NCBI GenBank assembly: GCA_013153635.1
Contig: JAADDZ010000009.1
Location: 29,967-93,966 of the forward strand
Source of the DNA: Aquificota bacterium
GTDB lineage: Bacteria > Aquificota > Aquificia > Aquificales > Hydrogenothermaceae
Reading direction: 5' to 3'
Length of the DNA stretch: 64,000 bases
The notes under the pieces were generated by a model, which had not been told where the DNA came from, did no database searches, and saw only the letters and a program-made list of their open reading frames with translations. Below are positions 53,000 to 63,523 of this stretch, piece by piece (position 1 is the stretch's first letter; every line of letters starts with the position of its first letter). A program made the position numbers and the translations under genes.

Positions 53000-54262
53000 G
53001 TGAGTGAGGAAAATATGGACAAAATGTTAGTTCATATATGCTGTGGAGTAGATGCGGTTTGGGCTATTAGAAAATTAAAAGAACAGTTTCCAGATACGAA
53101 AATCAAAGGTTTTTTCTATGACCCTAACATACACCCCGAAGAAGAATATGAGCTAAGGTGGATAGAAACCAAAAGAGTTTGTGACTCCTTAGATATAGAT
53201 TGTATAAAAGGGGAATACGACCTAGAAAACTGGTTAAATCAAGTAAAAGGATACGAAAATGAGCCAGAAAGGGGAGAAAGATGTTCTATATGCCATGACA
53301 TTCGACTAGAAAAAACAGCAAAAGTGGCAAAAGAGTTAGGATTTAACAAAATAACGACTGTTCTTTTGATGAGTCCTAAGAAAGATTTTCAGGTTCTAAA
53401 GCAGATAGGAGAACATATAGCCCAAAAATATGGAATCCAGTTTCAATCTGTAGAGTTTAGAAAAGGTGGTGGAATAGAGATGATGAACAAGCTCTCAAAA
53501 CAGCAACAACTCTACCACCAAAATTACTGTGGCTGTATATATGGTCTTTTTAAACAAAGACAAGGTTTGGATATAATAACAGAGCTTGTATCCTTTGGTA
53601 AAGGAAGACTTGCAGGAAGTAGAGAAGAATTACTGTTTATAAAACAGATAAGGTCTTTTTGTGAAAATTTAGGAGTTTCATGCAAAGAACAGACCTTTAG
53701 TTTTATAAATTGGAAGCTAATATCTTCTATAATGAAGATACAAAAACAACCGGTATACCATACACTACTTCCTTACTCTTCTCCTATAAAAGGGATTTTA
53801 AGAGCAAAGATTGAGAGTATTATAGAAAAAGCTGATAAATATATATACAAACTAAACAAAACAGATACACAGATATGGAAACTAAAAAAAGAGTTAAAAG
53901 AAATTCCTCTAAAAGAGCCAAGAATTTTAACTAATCCAGTATTCATAGTAGGAAAAGATACAAACTTAGAGATAGGTCAAAAGATAGAGCTTCAGTTAAA
54001 AACCGAGTTTGATGCTTCAGCAAAGTCTCAAAACCTTATAATTGGTGATATAAAATCTCCAAATAAAATATTTTTTCATAGTGATACCCTACCTGATGGA
54101 ACTATGGGAGCAGATTTAAAAGAGATAATTTCTTGTATAAAACAAAACGAAGAACCACTAAAAAGAGGCTCTATCTGTATTGTAGTACTTGGAGCAAGTA
54201 CTGTAGGTAATTTGGGAAAAAGAGCCTTTTTAGAATATACAGAGCTTGAGTCTAACCTTTGA
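53000..54262 (+). CDS. queH: Epoxyqueuosine reductase QueH (DUF208) with a C-terminal extension of about 220 aa
   Basis: N-terminal about 190 aa carries DUF208 blocks (LVHICCG, FFYDPNIHP, ERCSICHDIRL, NYCGCIYG). The remainder has no motif I recognise. The start may be ATG 53015. Confidence 0.7.
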   Translation: MSEENMDKMLVHICCGVDAVWAIRKLKEQFPDTKIKGFFYDPNIHPEEEYELRWIETKRVCDSLDIDCIKGEYDLENWLNQVKGYENEPERGERCSICHDIRLEKTAKVAKELGFNKITTVLLMSPKKDFQVLKQIGEHIAQKYGIQFQSVEFRKGGGIEMMNKLSKQQQLYHQNYCGCIYGLFKQRQGLDIITELVSFGKGRLAGSREELLFIKQIRSFCENLGVSCKEQTFSFINWKLISSIMKIQKQPVYHTLLPYSSPIKGILRAKIESIIEKADKYIYKLNKTDTQIWKLKKELKEIPLKEPRILTNPVFIVGKDTNLEIGQKIELQLKTEFDASAKSQNLIIGDIKSPNKIFFHSDTLPDGTMGADLKEIISCIKQNEEPLKRGSICIVVLGASTVGNLGKRAFLEYTELESNL

Positions 54263-55970
54263 ACTTTTCTCCAGAGATGGTTATGAATCTATAAAAGACC
54301 CCTTTTTTCTTTATTAGTTCGTCCTTAGTTCCTTCTTCTACTATCTTTCCTTTATCTATCACTACTATTCTTTGGGTTTTTTCCAAAATCTTTAGCCTAT
54401 GGGTAATCATCAGGATAGTATTCTTTTCAAACTCTGAAAATATATTGTTTATCACCTCTTCCTCTGTTTTTACATCAAGGGCAGAAGTCCCTTCATCTAT
54501 GATAAGAATGTTCGGTCTTTTCAAAAAGATTCTTGCTATAGAGAGCCTCTGCCTTTCTCCTCCGGATAATCTAGAACCCTTTTCTCCAAGTACAGTATCC
54601 AGACCTTTTTCTAGCTTGAATACAAAGTCGGCTTTTGCTTTTTTTAGAGCTTGTATTATCTCTTCATCAGTAGCATCAGGTTTTGCGATAAGCAGGTTGT
54701 TTCTAACTGTGTCATTGAATATAAAAACATCTTGAGAGACCATGCCAATTCTCTTTCTCAAAGAAGAGACCCTATACTCCCTTAGCTCATGCTCATCTAG
54801 AAAAACCTCTCCTTGATAATTCTTTATAAGAGCTGGAAGAATCTTTACCATAGTAGACTTACCAGAGCCGGTAAGTCCTACGATACCTAATTTTTCTCCA
54901 GCTTTTATACGGAGGTTTATACCATTTAGGATTTGATTTTCCTTTATTTTTAGGTACACATCTTTATACAGTATTTTTTCCTTTAGACCTTTAAACTCTA
55001 TACCTTTATCTTCCTCTTGGGGTATCATCAAAAGGAATCTCAATCTATCGATAATCGGGTTTAGAGCTTTTATCTGTACCGCTCCCCTTTGTAAAACTTG
55101 GAGAGAATTTATTAAAATAACTACACCTCCTAAAAAAGAGAAAAATTCTCCAGTAGAAAGGTTACCGCTGATAATTCTATAACCACCATAAAACACAATC
55201 GCCGCAGTAGCAGAGTATCCAATAAACTCAACTACCGCTAGATATATACTCTCATAAAAAATATCTTTTTTCTGTCGGTGGTAGAGTTTATTATTAATCT
55301 TTTGGAAAAGGGCGATAAAAGGCTTTTTATCAAAAAGTTTAACAACTTCTATTCCTGTAAGTATCTGATTTATAATCTGGGTAAATTCTGCAAAACTCTC
55401 TCTAAGCCTTTGAGAATACTTTTTCCTTTTATTCCCAAAGTAATTTAACGCCAAAGCCAAGAAAGGAACAGATACCAAGAATATCAAAAATAACTGCCAA
55501 TCTCTATATATGAGAACTATTATCATAGCAACCACAGTAAATATCTGGGTAATAAGATTCACACTCAAAAGTTTTACAGTTTTGGTAAAAGCCTCTAAAT
55601 CGTTTGTAATCCTACTTAGAATATCTCCAAGATTATTGTCAACAAAAAAAGAAGGCTCTGCGTTTAGTATTTTGTTATAAATGTCAGCCCTAATATTCCT
55701 AACAACTTTGAATATAGCAAGAGGATACAGATAATCTCTCATAAAAAAACCTAGCTGTTTAAAAAATGCTATAACTACGATAGCGGTAACAACAAACTTT
55801 AGAGAGGTTAAATCCTTTGCGATAAAAACATCATCAATGATGTTTTTTATTATAAAAACGATTCCCGCCATCGCCAAAGATTCTATGATTCCCCCGAAAA
55901 TAGCAAAAAGCATAAGATAGCTATAAGGCTTAAATAGTTTCCATAAGAAAGAGAAGTTATTTTCTTTCAT
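54252..55970 (-). CDS. ABC exporter, fused permease-ATPase (MsbA-like)
   Basis: Six TM helices, then Walker A GLTGSGKST, signature LSGGERQR and Walker B ILIIDEGTS. 572 aa. Confidence 0.85.
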   Translation of the reverse strand: MKENNFSFLWKLFKPYSYLMLFAIFGGIIESLAMAGIVFIIKNIIDDVFIAKDLTSLKFVVTAIVVIAFFKQLGFFMRDYLYPLAIFKVVRNIRADIYNKILNAEPSFFVDNNLGDILSRITNDLEAFTKTVKLLSVNLITQIFTVVAMIIVLIYRDWQLFLIFLVSVPFLALALNYFGNKRKKYSQRLRESFAEFTQIINQILTGIEVVKLFDKKPFIALFQKINNKLYHRQKKDIFYESIYLAVVEFIGYSATAAIVFYGGYRIISGNLSTGEFFSFLGGVVILINSLQVLQRGAVQIKALNPIIDRLRFLLMIPQEEDKGIEFKGLKEKILYKDVYLKIKENQILNGINLRIKAGEKLGIVGLTGSGKSTMVKILPALIKNYQGEVFLDEHELREYRVSSLRKRIGMVSQDVFIFNDTVRNNLLIAKPDATDEEIIQALKKAKADFVFKLEKGLDTVLGEKGSRLSGGERQRLSIARIFLKRPNILIIDEGTSALDVKTEEEVINNIFSEFEKNTILMITHRLKILEKTQRIVVIDKGKIVEEGTKDELIKKKGVFYRFITISGEKFKG

Positions 55971-57333
55971 AAAGCTCTATAAGTCCACCTTTGTATTCGT
56001 ATGACTTAATAAGTTTACCATCTTTATAGTCACTACAGGTTATCAGATATTTCCAGTCCGGGTATACAAATGGAAAGCCTACTATCTTTTTTAGGTCTCT
56101 TTCTACAAAGAAACATACAGCCTTAAATTCATTACAAGAACAAGCTATCTTTTGATTTTTGTCTATTATAGAAACTATATCAGCTGATATTTTCTCTATA
56201 GAACCGTATTTTTTCGATTTTTCAGGTATTACGACTAAACCGTACACAAATCTTAACAGTATAGAGATTATACTTAGGACAAAGAAAGTTCTTATTATCC
56301 AATCTTTTTGAGGTTTGTTTAGAATGTATCCAAAAACCACAGCAACAAAAGGGAGCAAAGGGAGAATATATCTCGCATCAACGGTATACATACCTTTACC
56401 CCCAGCAAAAAGTAGGTAAGGAACATAATTTATCAAAATAATAAGTAAAAATGCCTTTATAGGGTGTTTTAGAATCTGAACCTTGTATCTAACCAGTACA
56501 AAAAGTACAAGCAAACTAGTCAAAAGAGTTTGTTTTATATTCTGTATAGGAAAAGATATAAGATGTGTAAAAAATTTGTGAAAATCTTTAGAGCCTTCTG
56601 CTCTCATAGCAACTTCAAAAAACATCATTTTCAGATAATCTACAGGGCTAACTGTCTGTATAAGCCAAGCGGCAGGAATCAAAACAGCCAAAATATAAGA
56701 AACGATAAAAGGTTTGGAAAAAAGTTTAAAATACTCTCTGTAATATATAGAAAGTCCAAGAAATGTTAGACCAAAAAATCCATAAGCATTAAAACCCTTT
56801 AGTAAAAATGCTAGTCCAGCAACAACCCCAGACATAACTATAAAACTACCATTTTCTTTCGTAAATCCAAGATACTGTAAAAACATCATAACAGCGATAA
56901 AAAAAGTAAAAGTAGCGTCAATCTCCCCAAGATAACCATAGAAAAAAAGAATATCCCCAAAAGTGATAAAAGATAGACCACATATAAAAGCTAAAAGGCT
57001 ATTCTTAAAGACTTTATAACTAAAGAAAATCACTGCCAAAGAACTAAAAAAAGTAAAAAATACAGACAAGATTCTAACAGTTAAAACATTCCACCCGACT
57101 ATCTTAGAAGATAAGATAGTTAACCACATAAACATTGGTGGTTTATTAAAATAATAAGCCCCTAACCTTGTAGGTTGAAAAAAGTCTCCTCTAAGGTACA
57201 TCTCATAAGCTAAGGTAAGGCGGAGAGGTTCATCTCCAACAGGTTCTAAAACACCTAAATTTACAAACATAGATAAAAACGCCAAAAGTATCAAAATAAG
57301 AGCAAAAAGCTCTCTTCTATTGATTTTCCCCAT
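55957..57333 (-). CDS. GT-C fold glycosyltransferase (ArnT-like), paralogue A
   Basis: 458 aa, polytopic. NKPPMFMW loop and GEIDATFTFF block. Paralogous to 58227..59585. Confidence 0.7.
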   Translation of the reverse strand: MGKINRRELFALILILLAFLSMFVNLGVLEPVGDEPLRLTLAYEMYLRGDFFQPTRLGAYYFNKPPMFMWLTILSSKIVGWNVLTVRILSVFFTFFSSLAVIFFSYKVFKNSLLAFICGLSFITFGDILFFYGYLGEIDATFTFFIAVMMFLQYLGFTKENGSFIVMSGVVAGLAFLLKGFNAYGFFGLTFLGLSIYYREYFKLFSKPFIVSYILAVLIPAAWLIQTVSPVDYLKMMFFEVAMRAEGSKDFHKFFTHLISFPIQNIKQTLLTSLLVLFVLVRYKVQILKHPIKAFLLIILINYVPYLLFAGGKGMYTVDARYILPLLPFVAVVFGYILNKPQKDWIIRTFFVLSIISILLRFVYGLVVIPEKSKKYGSIEKISADIVSIIDKNQKIACSCNEFKAVCFFVERDLKKIVGFPFVYPDWKYLITCSDYKDGKLIKSYEYKGGLIELYERK

Positions 57334-58237
57334 AAATCTCTTCTAAAACCTTTTTTGCTCCTTGTTCCAACAGTCTTTCTGCTAGAGATACCCCTAACAT
57401 TTTGGCTTCTTTTAAAGAACCACTAATCTTATCCTTAAATACTCTATTTCCTTCCAAGTCAGAAACAAAGCCAATTAGCTCAATCTCTCCATCTTTTATC
57501 TCACTATAGGCGGCTATAGGAACTTGACACCCGCCTTCTAAAGTAGCAAGAAAACTTCTTTCAGCTGTAGCTCTAATCTGACTGTCTTTACTGTTTAAAA
57601 TAGAGACTGCATCTATAATCCTTTTGTCATCTAGCCTACCTTCTATACCTAAGAACCCTTGACATACAGCTGGTATCATCTCTTGAGGAGAAAACACTTT
57701 TTTCACCCTCTTTTCAAAACCTAACCTCTTTAAACCAGCATAAGCCAGTAAAATCCCATCATACTCACCTTGTTCTAACTTTTTGATTCTCGTATCCACA
57801 TTTCCTCTAAGGTCTTTAGTTTGTACTTTTGGAGCTAATATCTTTAGTTGAGCTTTCCTCCGTAGACTACTAGTACCGATGACAGAATTTTCGTCCATAC
57901 TATAAACATCTTCATATTTAACAGACAAAAAAGCGTCTCTAGGGTCTTCTCTATCTGAAACTGCAATAATACCTAAACCTTCAGGAAAATAAGTAGGAAC
58001 ATCTTTTAAAGAATGAACAGCTATATCGATTTCACCCCTTAAAAGAGCTTCTTCAATCTCTTTTACAAAGAGACCCTTGCCTCCTACCTTTGCCAAAGGA
58101 ACATCAAGGATTTTGTCTCCTTTTGTAGTTATCTTTATAAGCTCCACTTGATAACCGTGCTTTCTCAAAATATCAGCTACATAATTAGCCTGCCAAAGAG
58201 CAAGCTTGCTTTTTCTAGTACCTATTCTAATTTTCAT
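57317..58237 (-). CDS. hemC: Hydroxymethylbilane synthase (porphobilinogen deaminase)
   Basis: IRIGTRKSKLALWQA, GGKGLFVKE, NVDTR and the C-terminal Cys block GGCQVPIAAY. Confidence 0.9.
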   Translation of the reverse strand: MKIRIGTRKSKLALWQANYVADILRKHGYQVELIKITTKGDKILDVPLAKVGGKGLFVKEIEEALLRGEIDIAVHSLKDVPTYFPEGLGIIAVSDREDPRDAFLSVKYEDVYSMDENSVIGTSSLRRKAQLKILAPKVQTKDLRGNVDTRIKKLEQGEYDGILLAYAGLKRLGFEKRVKKVFSPQEMIPAVCQGFLGIEGRLDDKRIIDAVSILNSKDSQIRATAERSFLATLEGGCQVPIAAYSEIKDGEIELIGFVSDLEGNRVFKDKISGSLKEAKMLGVSLAERLLEQGAKKVLEEIYGENQ

Positions 58238-59585
58238 CTTTACTCCTTTTGTACAGCTTTATAATTCCTTTTCTGTATTTGTAAGATTTAATCAGTTTAC
58301 CACTATCTAGATTATTGCAGTCAATCAAATAATCCCAATCTCTTTCAAGATGAGGGAGTTTTAAAATCTTGTCCTCGTACACCTCTACAAAGAAACACAC
58401 AGATTTGTGAGACCCTTCACAGTTGCAAACTATATTCCCATTATCAATAATCTTAGCCATATCAAGAGCTATAGATTTGATATTTCCATCTTTTTTCATT
58501 ATATATGGTACCAAAAAAACACCTGCAAAAAGTCTAAGAACGATAAAAAATGCAACCGCTACAAAGAAAGCTTTTTGTAAAGTTTTAGAATTTCTCGATA
58601 AAGCATAACCAAAAACAACAGCAAAGATAGGAAAAAGAGGTAACACATACCGTCCATGACTCCCAACAGAAAACAGATAAGGTAGATAATTTATACCAAT
58701 AATAAAAAACAAAAGTTTTACATCTTTATTTAGAGGGATTTTTTTTCTAATAGCCATATAAATAAAAAAAACACTAGCAGGTAAGGTCTGTTTTATGTTA
58801 GTCAGAGGATAACCTAAGATATGTTTAATCAAGGCATGAGAGTCCTTTTTAACTCTTTGAGTTCCTTCATACAAAAGAGTCTTCAACAAAGTTATAGGCT
58901 GTGAAGTCGAAAAAATCCACACAGCAGGAACTAACAGAGCAAAAACATAAGACAGAAGGAAGATTGGTCTAAATAAAACAAAAAACTTTTTATAAAATAC
59001 AGCCATAACCAAAAAATTAGTCCCAAAAAAAAGATAAGAAGGTATACCTTTGAGAAGAAATGATAGACCAGCTACCACACCAGACAGTACGATAAAAATC
59101 CCTTTATTCTCTCTAAAACCTATAAACTGGAGAACAAACATAAAAAAAACAAAAAAAGTAAAAGTAGCATCAATCTCGCCTATCCACCCATACCAAAAAA
59201 GCACATCAAAAAAAGACAGATAAGCAACAGCTCCAAAAAACCCAGCCTTCTCATCTTTGAATAGATATTTTGAAAAAAAATAGATTAACAAAGCGGTCAA
59301 AACGACAAAAAAGATAGACAAAGCTCTAATCGTTACCGCGTCCCAGCCAAAAATTTTTGAAGAAACAACAGTAAACCAATAGAACAAAGGAGGTTTGTTC
59401 AGATAGACCTCTCCAAGATAGGTAAGATTTATAAAATCTCCACTTTTGACCATCTCAAAAGCAGGAATAAGCCTTTTAGCTTCTTCTCCTCTAAGGTTAT
59501 AACTGTTTAGATTTATACTCATAGAGACAATGTAGACAACCAAAAAAAAGAAAAAATATAAACGCAGATTCCCCCTAACTTTCAC
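58227..59585 (-). CDS. GT-C fold glycosyltransferase (ArnT-like), paralogue B
   Basis: 452 aa. NKPPLFYW, GEIDATFTFF and VLSGVVAGLSFLLKG blocks shared with paralogue A. Confidence 0.7.
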   Translation of the reverse strand: MKVRGNLRLYFFFFLVVYIVSMSINLNSYNLRGEEAKRLIPAFEMVKSGDFINLTYLGEVYLNKPPLFYWFTVVSSKIFGWDAVTIRALSIFFVVLTALLIYFFSKYLFKDEKAGFFGAVAYLSFFDVLFWYGWIGEIDATFTFFVFFMFVLQFIGFRENKGIFIVLSGVVAGLSFLLKGIPSYLFFGTNFLVMAVFYKKFFVLFRPIFLLSYVFALLVPAVWIFSTSQPITLLKTLLYEGTQRVKKDSHALIKHILGYPLTNIKQTLPASVFFIYMAIRKKIPLNKDVKLLFFIIGINYLPYLFSVGSHGRYVLPLFPIFAVVFGYALSRNSKTLQKAFFVAVAFFIVLRLFAGVFLVPYIMKKDGNIKSIALDMAKIIDNGNIVCNCEGSHKSVCFFVEVYEDKILKLPHLERDWDYLIDCNNLDSGKLIKSYKYRKGIIKLYKRSKDEN

Positions 59586-59707
59586 CTAAGCACCTATATA
59601 AAAAAATTTATCCAAAATTATACCAAATTAGAATAAGTTATAACTTTTTCAATTTGAAATTAGAACTACGCTGATATATCATTGTTCAAAAACAAAAAGA
59701 GAAAAAA

Positions 59708-60658
59708 ATGAAAAAAACAGCGGTCATTCTCCTCAATATGGGAGGTCCTGACAGTTTAGAAGCGATAGAGCCTTTTTTATACAATCTCTTTTCTGACCAC
59801 GATATTATCCAAATTCCAAAGCCGATTCAAAAGCCACTAGCTAAGCTCATAGCCAAGATAAGAGCAAAAAAAACAAGAGAATACTACCAATACATGGGAG
59901 GAAAATCCCCCCAAAAAGAGCAAACATTAGACCAAGCCAGAGAACTCCAAAACATTCTAGGTGATAGATATATAGTGACAGTCGCTATGAGATACTGGTA
60001 TCCATTTACAGAAGAAGCTTTAGAAAAACTAAAAGATGAAAATATCGATAAAATCGTCCTACTACCTTTGTATCCCCAATACAGCAGAACAACTACAGGT
60101 TCTTCTTTTAACGAATTCTATAGAAATCTAAAAAAGTTTCAAAAAGAAGGTTACTTTAAAAACACAAAGATAATTCAGATAGAAGATTATCACGACCACC
60201 CCCTTTTTATAAAAGCTTGGGTAGAGCTTATAAAAGAATATGTCAAAGACAAAGATTATTACTTTTTGTTTTCAGCCCACAGCTTGCCAGAGAAAATTAT
60301 AAAAAAAGGAGACCCTTACAAAGCTCAAGTTGAAAAAACAGTAGAGCTTATCATGGAGAATTTCCCAGACACAAAATACTCAATAGCATATCAAAGCAAA
60401 GTAGGACCTGTTAAATGGCTAGAACCTATGACAGATAGAGAGATAATAGACCTTGCAAAGAGAGGAATTAAAAAGTTAGCAGTTATACCAGTAACCTTTG
60501 TATCAGAGCATTCAGAGACATTGTACGAATTGGACAAACAATATGGGTCTCTTGCACAGGAACACGGGATAGAGTCCTATCTAAGGATTCCTACATTACA
60601 AACCCAAGAACTGTTTATCCAAGCCTTAAAAGATATTGTTACTAAACAAAACACTTAG
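59708..60658 (+). CDS. hemH: Ferrochelatase
   Basis: LLNMGGPD, LPLYPQYS, SAHSLP and VSEHSETL blocks. 316 aa. Confidence 0.9.
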   Translation: MKKTAVILLNMGGPDSLEAIEPFLYNLFSDHDIIQIPKPIQKPLAKLIAKIRAKKTREYYQYMGGKSPQKEQTLDQARELQNILGDRYIVTVAMRYWYPFTEEALEKLKDENIDKIVLLPLYPQYSRTTTGSSFNEFYRNLKKFQKEGYFKNTKIIQIEDYHDHPLFIKAWVELIKEYVKDKDYYFLFSAHSLPEKIIKKGDPYKAQVEKTVELIMENFPDTKYSIAYQSKVGPVKWLEPMTDREIIDLAKRGIKKLAVIPVTFVSEHSETLYELDKQYGSLAQEHGIESYLRIPTLQTQELFIQALKDIVTKQNT

Positions 60659-60661
60659 ACT

Positions 60662-62026
60662 TTAGTCTTTTTTAGATTCAGAGGTGAGATATTTATCTAA
60701 CCTATATCTAAACTCTCTCAAGTTAAGACCCAAAAGCTGTGCGGCTTTTGTCTTGTTTCCTTTTGCCAAATCTAACGCATTTAAAACATACGATTTTTCA
60801 ATCTCATCTATAATTTCTTTTAGATTTATGCCTTCTGGAGGGATATTAACTTTTACTGGTAATGTTTTCTTTTCTAGCTTTTGGTGAGATTTTAACACTC
60901 CATCTTCAGATAAGATAATCTCTTTTTCTACAATATTTCTTAGCTCTCTGATGTTACCCTTAAAGTTATAGTTCATAACAAGGTCTATAAAAGAGCTATC
61001 AATTTTTTCTATATTTTTTCCATACTTTTGAGCAAATTCATTAATAAACTGCTCAACAATCTGTAAAATGTCCTCTTTTCTCTCATTTAGAGAAGGCATA
61101 TAGATAACAATACCAGCTAGCCTATAGTACAAATCCTCTCTAAAGTTACCTTTCTTTATTTCCTCTTCGAGATTTTTATTGGTAGCCGCTATAACTCTAA
61201 CATCTACATTAATCTCTTGAATACCACCTACCCTTCTAAACTTCTTTTCTTCTAAAAAATGAAGTAATTTAGCTTGAAGGGATAAAGGCATCTCCCCAAT
61301 CTCATCTAAGAACACCGTTCCCCCATCTGCAATCTCAAAAAGCCCTTTCTTTTCAGAAACAGCACCGGTAAAAGCTCCTTTTTCGTGACCGAACAATTCT
61401 GACTCAAGTAATTCTTCTGGGAGACTTGCACAGTTAATAGAGACAAAAGGTTTGTCTTTTCTAGGGCTTAGTTTGTGTATAAGTTTTGCGGCTACATTCT
61501 TTCCAGTACCACTTTCTCCAGTAATCAAAACATTTATGTCATAAGGAGCGATTTTGTATATAATCTCTTTTACTTTAGTGATAGCTGGAGAATTACCTGT
61601 TAGCTCTATATCTTCAGGTAATCTACTTTCTTTTAGCTTTTTTTCAAGCTCTATCTTCTGCTTTACATTTCTTATAAGAATCTTTAAGTCTGGTAGGGAA
61701 AAAGGTTTAGGTACATAATCATAAGCACCAAGTTTCATAGTTTCTACAGCAGTATCAGAAGAGGCAAAGGCTGTTATCATGATTACTTCTGTATCTGGGC
61801 TTTTTTGTTTTATAGCTTTTAGGACTTCTATTCCATTTCCATCAGGAAGCCGTATATCAACAAGAGCCAAATCAAAGTACTCTTTTTTTATTATCTCTTT
61901 TGCTTCTTTTTCAGAGTACGCACTTTTAACCTCAAAACCAAACTCACTAAATATTATCCCTAAAATTTCTACTATATTTTTTTCATCATCAACAATTAAT
62001 ACTTTTAATTTATTTTCCATGTTCAT
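60662..62026 (-). CDS. Sigma-54-dependent response regulator (NtrC/PilR family)
   Basis: Receiver domain (DDEKNI...D...KP), AAA+ with GESGTGKN, GAFTGA loop and C-terminal Fis-type HTH. 454 aa. Confidence 0.9.
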   Translation of the reverse strand: MNMENKLKVLIVDDEKNIVEILGIIFSEFGFEVKSAYSEKEAKEIIKKEYFDLALVDIRLPDGNGIEVLKAIKQKSPDTEVIMITAFASSDTAVETMKLGAYDYVPKPFSLPDLKILIRNVKQKIELEKKLKESRLPEDIELTGNSPAITKVKEIIYKIAPYDINVLITGESGTGKNVAAKLIHKLSPRKDKPFVSINCASLPEELLESELFGHEKGAFTGAVSEKKGLFEIADGGTVFLDEIGEMPLSLQAKLLHFLEEKKFRRVGGIQEINVDVRVIAATNKNLEEEIKKGNFREDLYYRLAGIVIYMPSLNERKEDILQIVEQFINEFAQKYGKNIEKIDSSFIDLVMNYNFKGNIRELRNIVEKEIILSEDGVLKSHQKLEKKTLPVKVNIPPEGINLKEIIDEIEKSYVLNALDLAKGNKTKAAQLLGLNLREFRYRLDKYLTSESKKD

Positions 62027-63179
62027 GCCCTACCGGTATTATGATAGCAAACTTCGCACCTCCAAGCTTGCTCCTTCCTACCTTAATGTCCCCTCCTAAC
62101 TCAATGATATATTTTTTTGCTATAGCTAGTCCTAGACCAGTACCTTTATCTCTCTTCGTAAAAAAAGGTTCAAAAATCTTTTCGTAGTCCTCTATGGATA
62201 TACCTCTACCGTCATCTTCTACATTTAAGACAATAAAATTGTCTTTTCTTTCAGCCGAAATTACGACTTCCTTTCTAGCCCATTGGACTGCATTTTCTAT
62301 GATATTCTTCAAAACTAGCTTTAGAGCCTCCTTCGATATATAACTGTACAGGTGTCTATCAATACTCATCGATATATTCACATTTTTATCTTTATTTTCC
62401 TCTTTTAATTCATGTATTATCTCGTCACATAAGGCTCTGATGTTAACCTCTGAAAAATTTTTATCCACAGGTCTAGAAAAGGTTAAAAATGTGTTTAATA
62501 AATCCTCTATTCTCTTACCCTCGCTTTTGATAATATCTATCATCTTTTCTCTGTGAGGAGAGCTGTCTATCAGTTCTACAGCTGCAAGTAATGAAGTCAT
62601 AGGATTTCTAAGCTCATGAGCAAAATCTGCACTTATCCTATATATTCTTTTGAATATCTCATTTTGTTTTTTTTCTTCTTCTAATAGAGAGATATATTTA
62701 TTCTGTTCTTGGAATCTGCTGTGTAAACTTAATCCTGCATAATTTATCGCAACCAAAGAAAGAAGTATAAAAAATATATTCATTATAGTTTCTGTGTCTA
62801 GTCCATGATATTTATAGACGATAAAGCTGTAGAAAAAAACGATAAAAATAGGTAAAACATAAGACACTTTTTTTCCTGTTAAAAATGCGTACAAAAAAGT
62901 AGGGAACAAGAACAGTATAGATAGATAACTTAAATATAAATACCCTATGTACAAAAGAGCCAAAATAAATACAATATCAAGGATAAAATCAAAAACAGAA
63001 ACTTTCTTTAGAAGAAAAAACAGAGAAAGTATCGCAGTTAGGTTATATACAATCAGTATCAATATTACATTTTTGTAGTCTTCATAATTTTCTGGAAAGA
63101 ATACAAAGAAAGACAAAAGCAGGAAAGCAAAAACTAACCTGCTTATCTTATAAGCAATATATATATTTTTGGTGTCCAA
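62010..63179 (-). CDS. Polytopic sensor histidine kinase (PilS-like architecture)
   Basis: About 6 N-terminal TM helices and no periplasmic domain. H-box FAHELRNPM and G-box GTGLGLAIAKK. Overlaps the regulator gene by 17 nt. Confidence 0.85.
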   Translation of the reverse strand: MDTKNIYIAYKISRLVFAFLLLSFFVFFPENYEDYKNVILILIVYNLTAILSLFFLLKKVSVFDFILDIVFILALLYIGYLYLSYLSILFLFPTFLYAFLTGKKVSYVLPIFIVFFYSFIVYKYHGLDTETIMNIFFILLSLVAINYAGLSLHSRFQEQNKYISLLEEEKKQNEIFKRIYRISADFAHELRNPMTSLLAAVELIDSSPHREKMIDIIKSEGKRIEDLLNTFLTFSRPVDKNFSEVNIRALCDEIIHELKEENKDKNVNISMSIDRHLYSYISKEALKLVLKNIIENAVQWARKEVVISAERKDNFIVLNVEDDGRGISIEDYEKIFEPFFTKRDKGTGLGLAIAKKYIIELGGDIKVGRSKLGGAKFAIIIPVGHEHGK

Positions 63180-63193
63180 TATCTATCCTTAAT

Positions 63194-63412
63194 CTATTCT
63201 TCTATATTTTCTTTTCTGACTATAATCGCCCTTCCTTTAGCTATCTCATCAATAGCTATAACAGTTTTCTTTAATGGGATACCTTCTTCATTTACATAGC
63301 TCTCTATTCCTGTTTCGTATAGTTCTTTGGCTAACTTTGCCGCCGCATGAACTAGCTCATACCTGTTGTTTACCTTTTTTAGAGCTTCCTCTATCAGTGG
63401 ACGTCTACCCAT
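63194..63412 (-). CDS. rpoZ: RNA polymerase omega subunit
   Basis: 72 aa. NRYELVHAAAKLAKEL block typical of RpoZ. Confidence 0.8.
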   Translation of the reverse strand: MGRRPLIEEALKKVNNRYELVHAAAKLAKELYETGIESYVNEEGIPLKKTVIAIDEIAKGRAIIVRKENIEE

Positions 63413-63523
63413 AAAAATACCTCCTCTATAAATTAGACTATTATTATAATTTATTTAAATAATTATAGGAAATATAAAAAGTATATTCTTAAGTTATTCA
63501 AAAATAATAACTTTTTACAAAAA

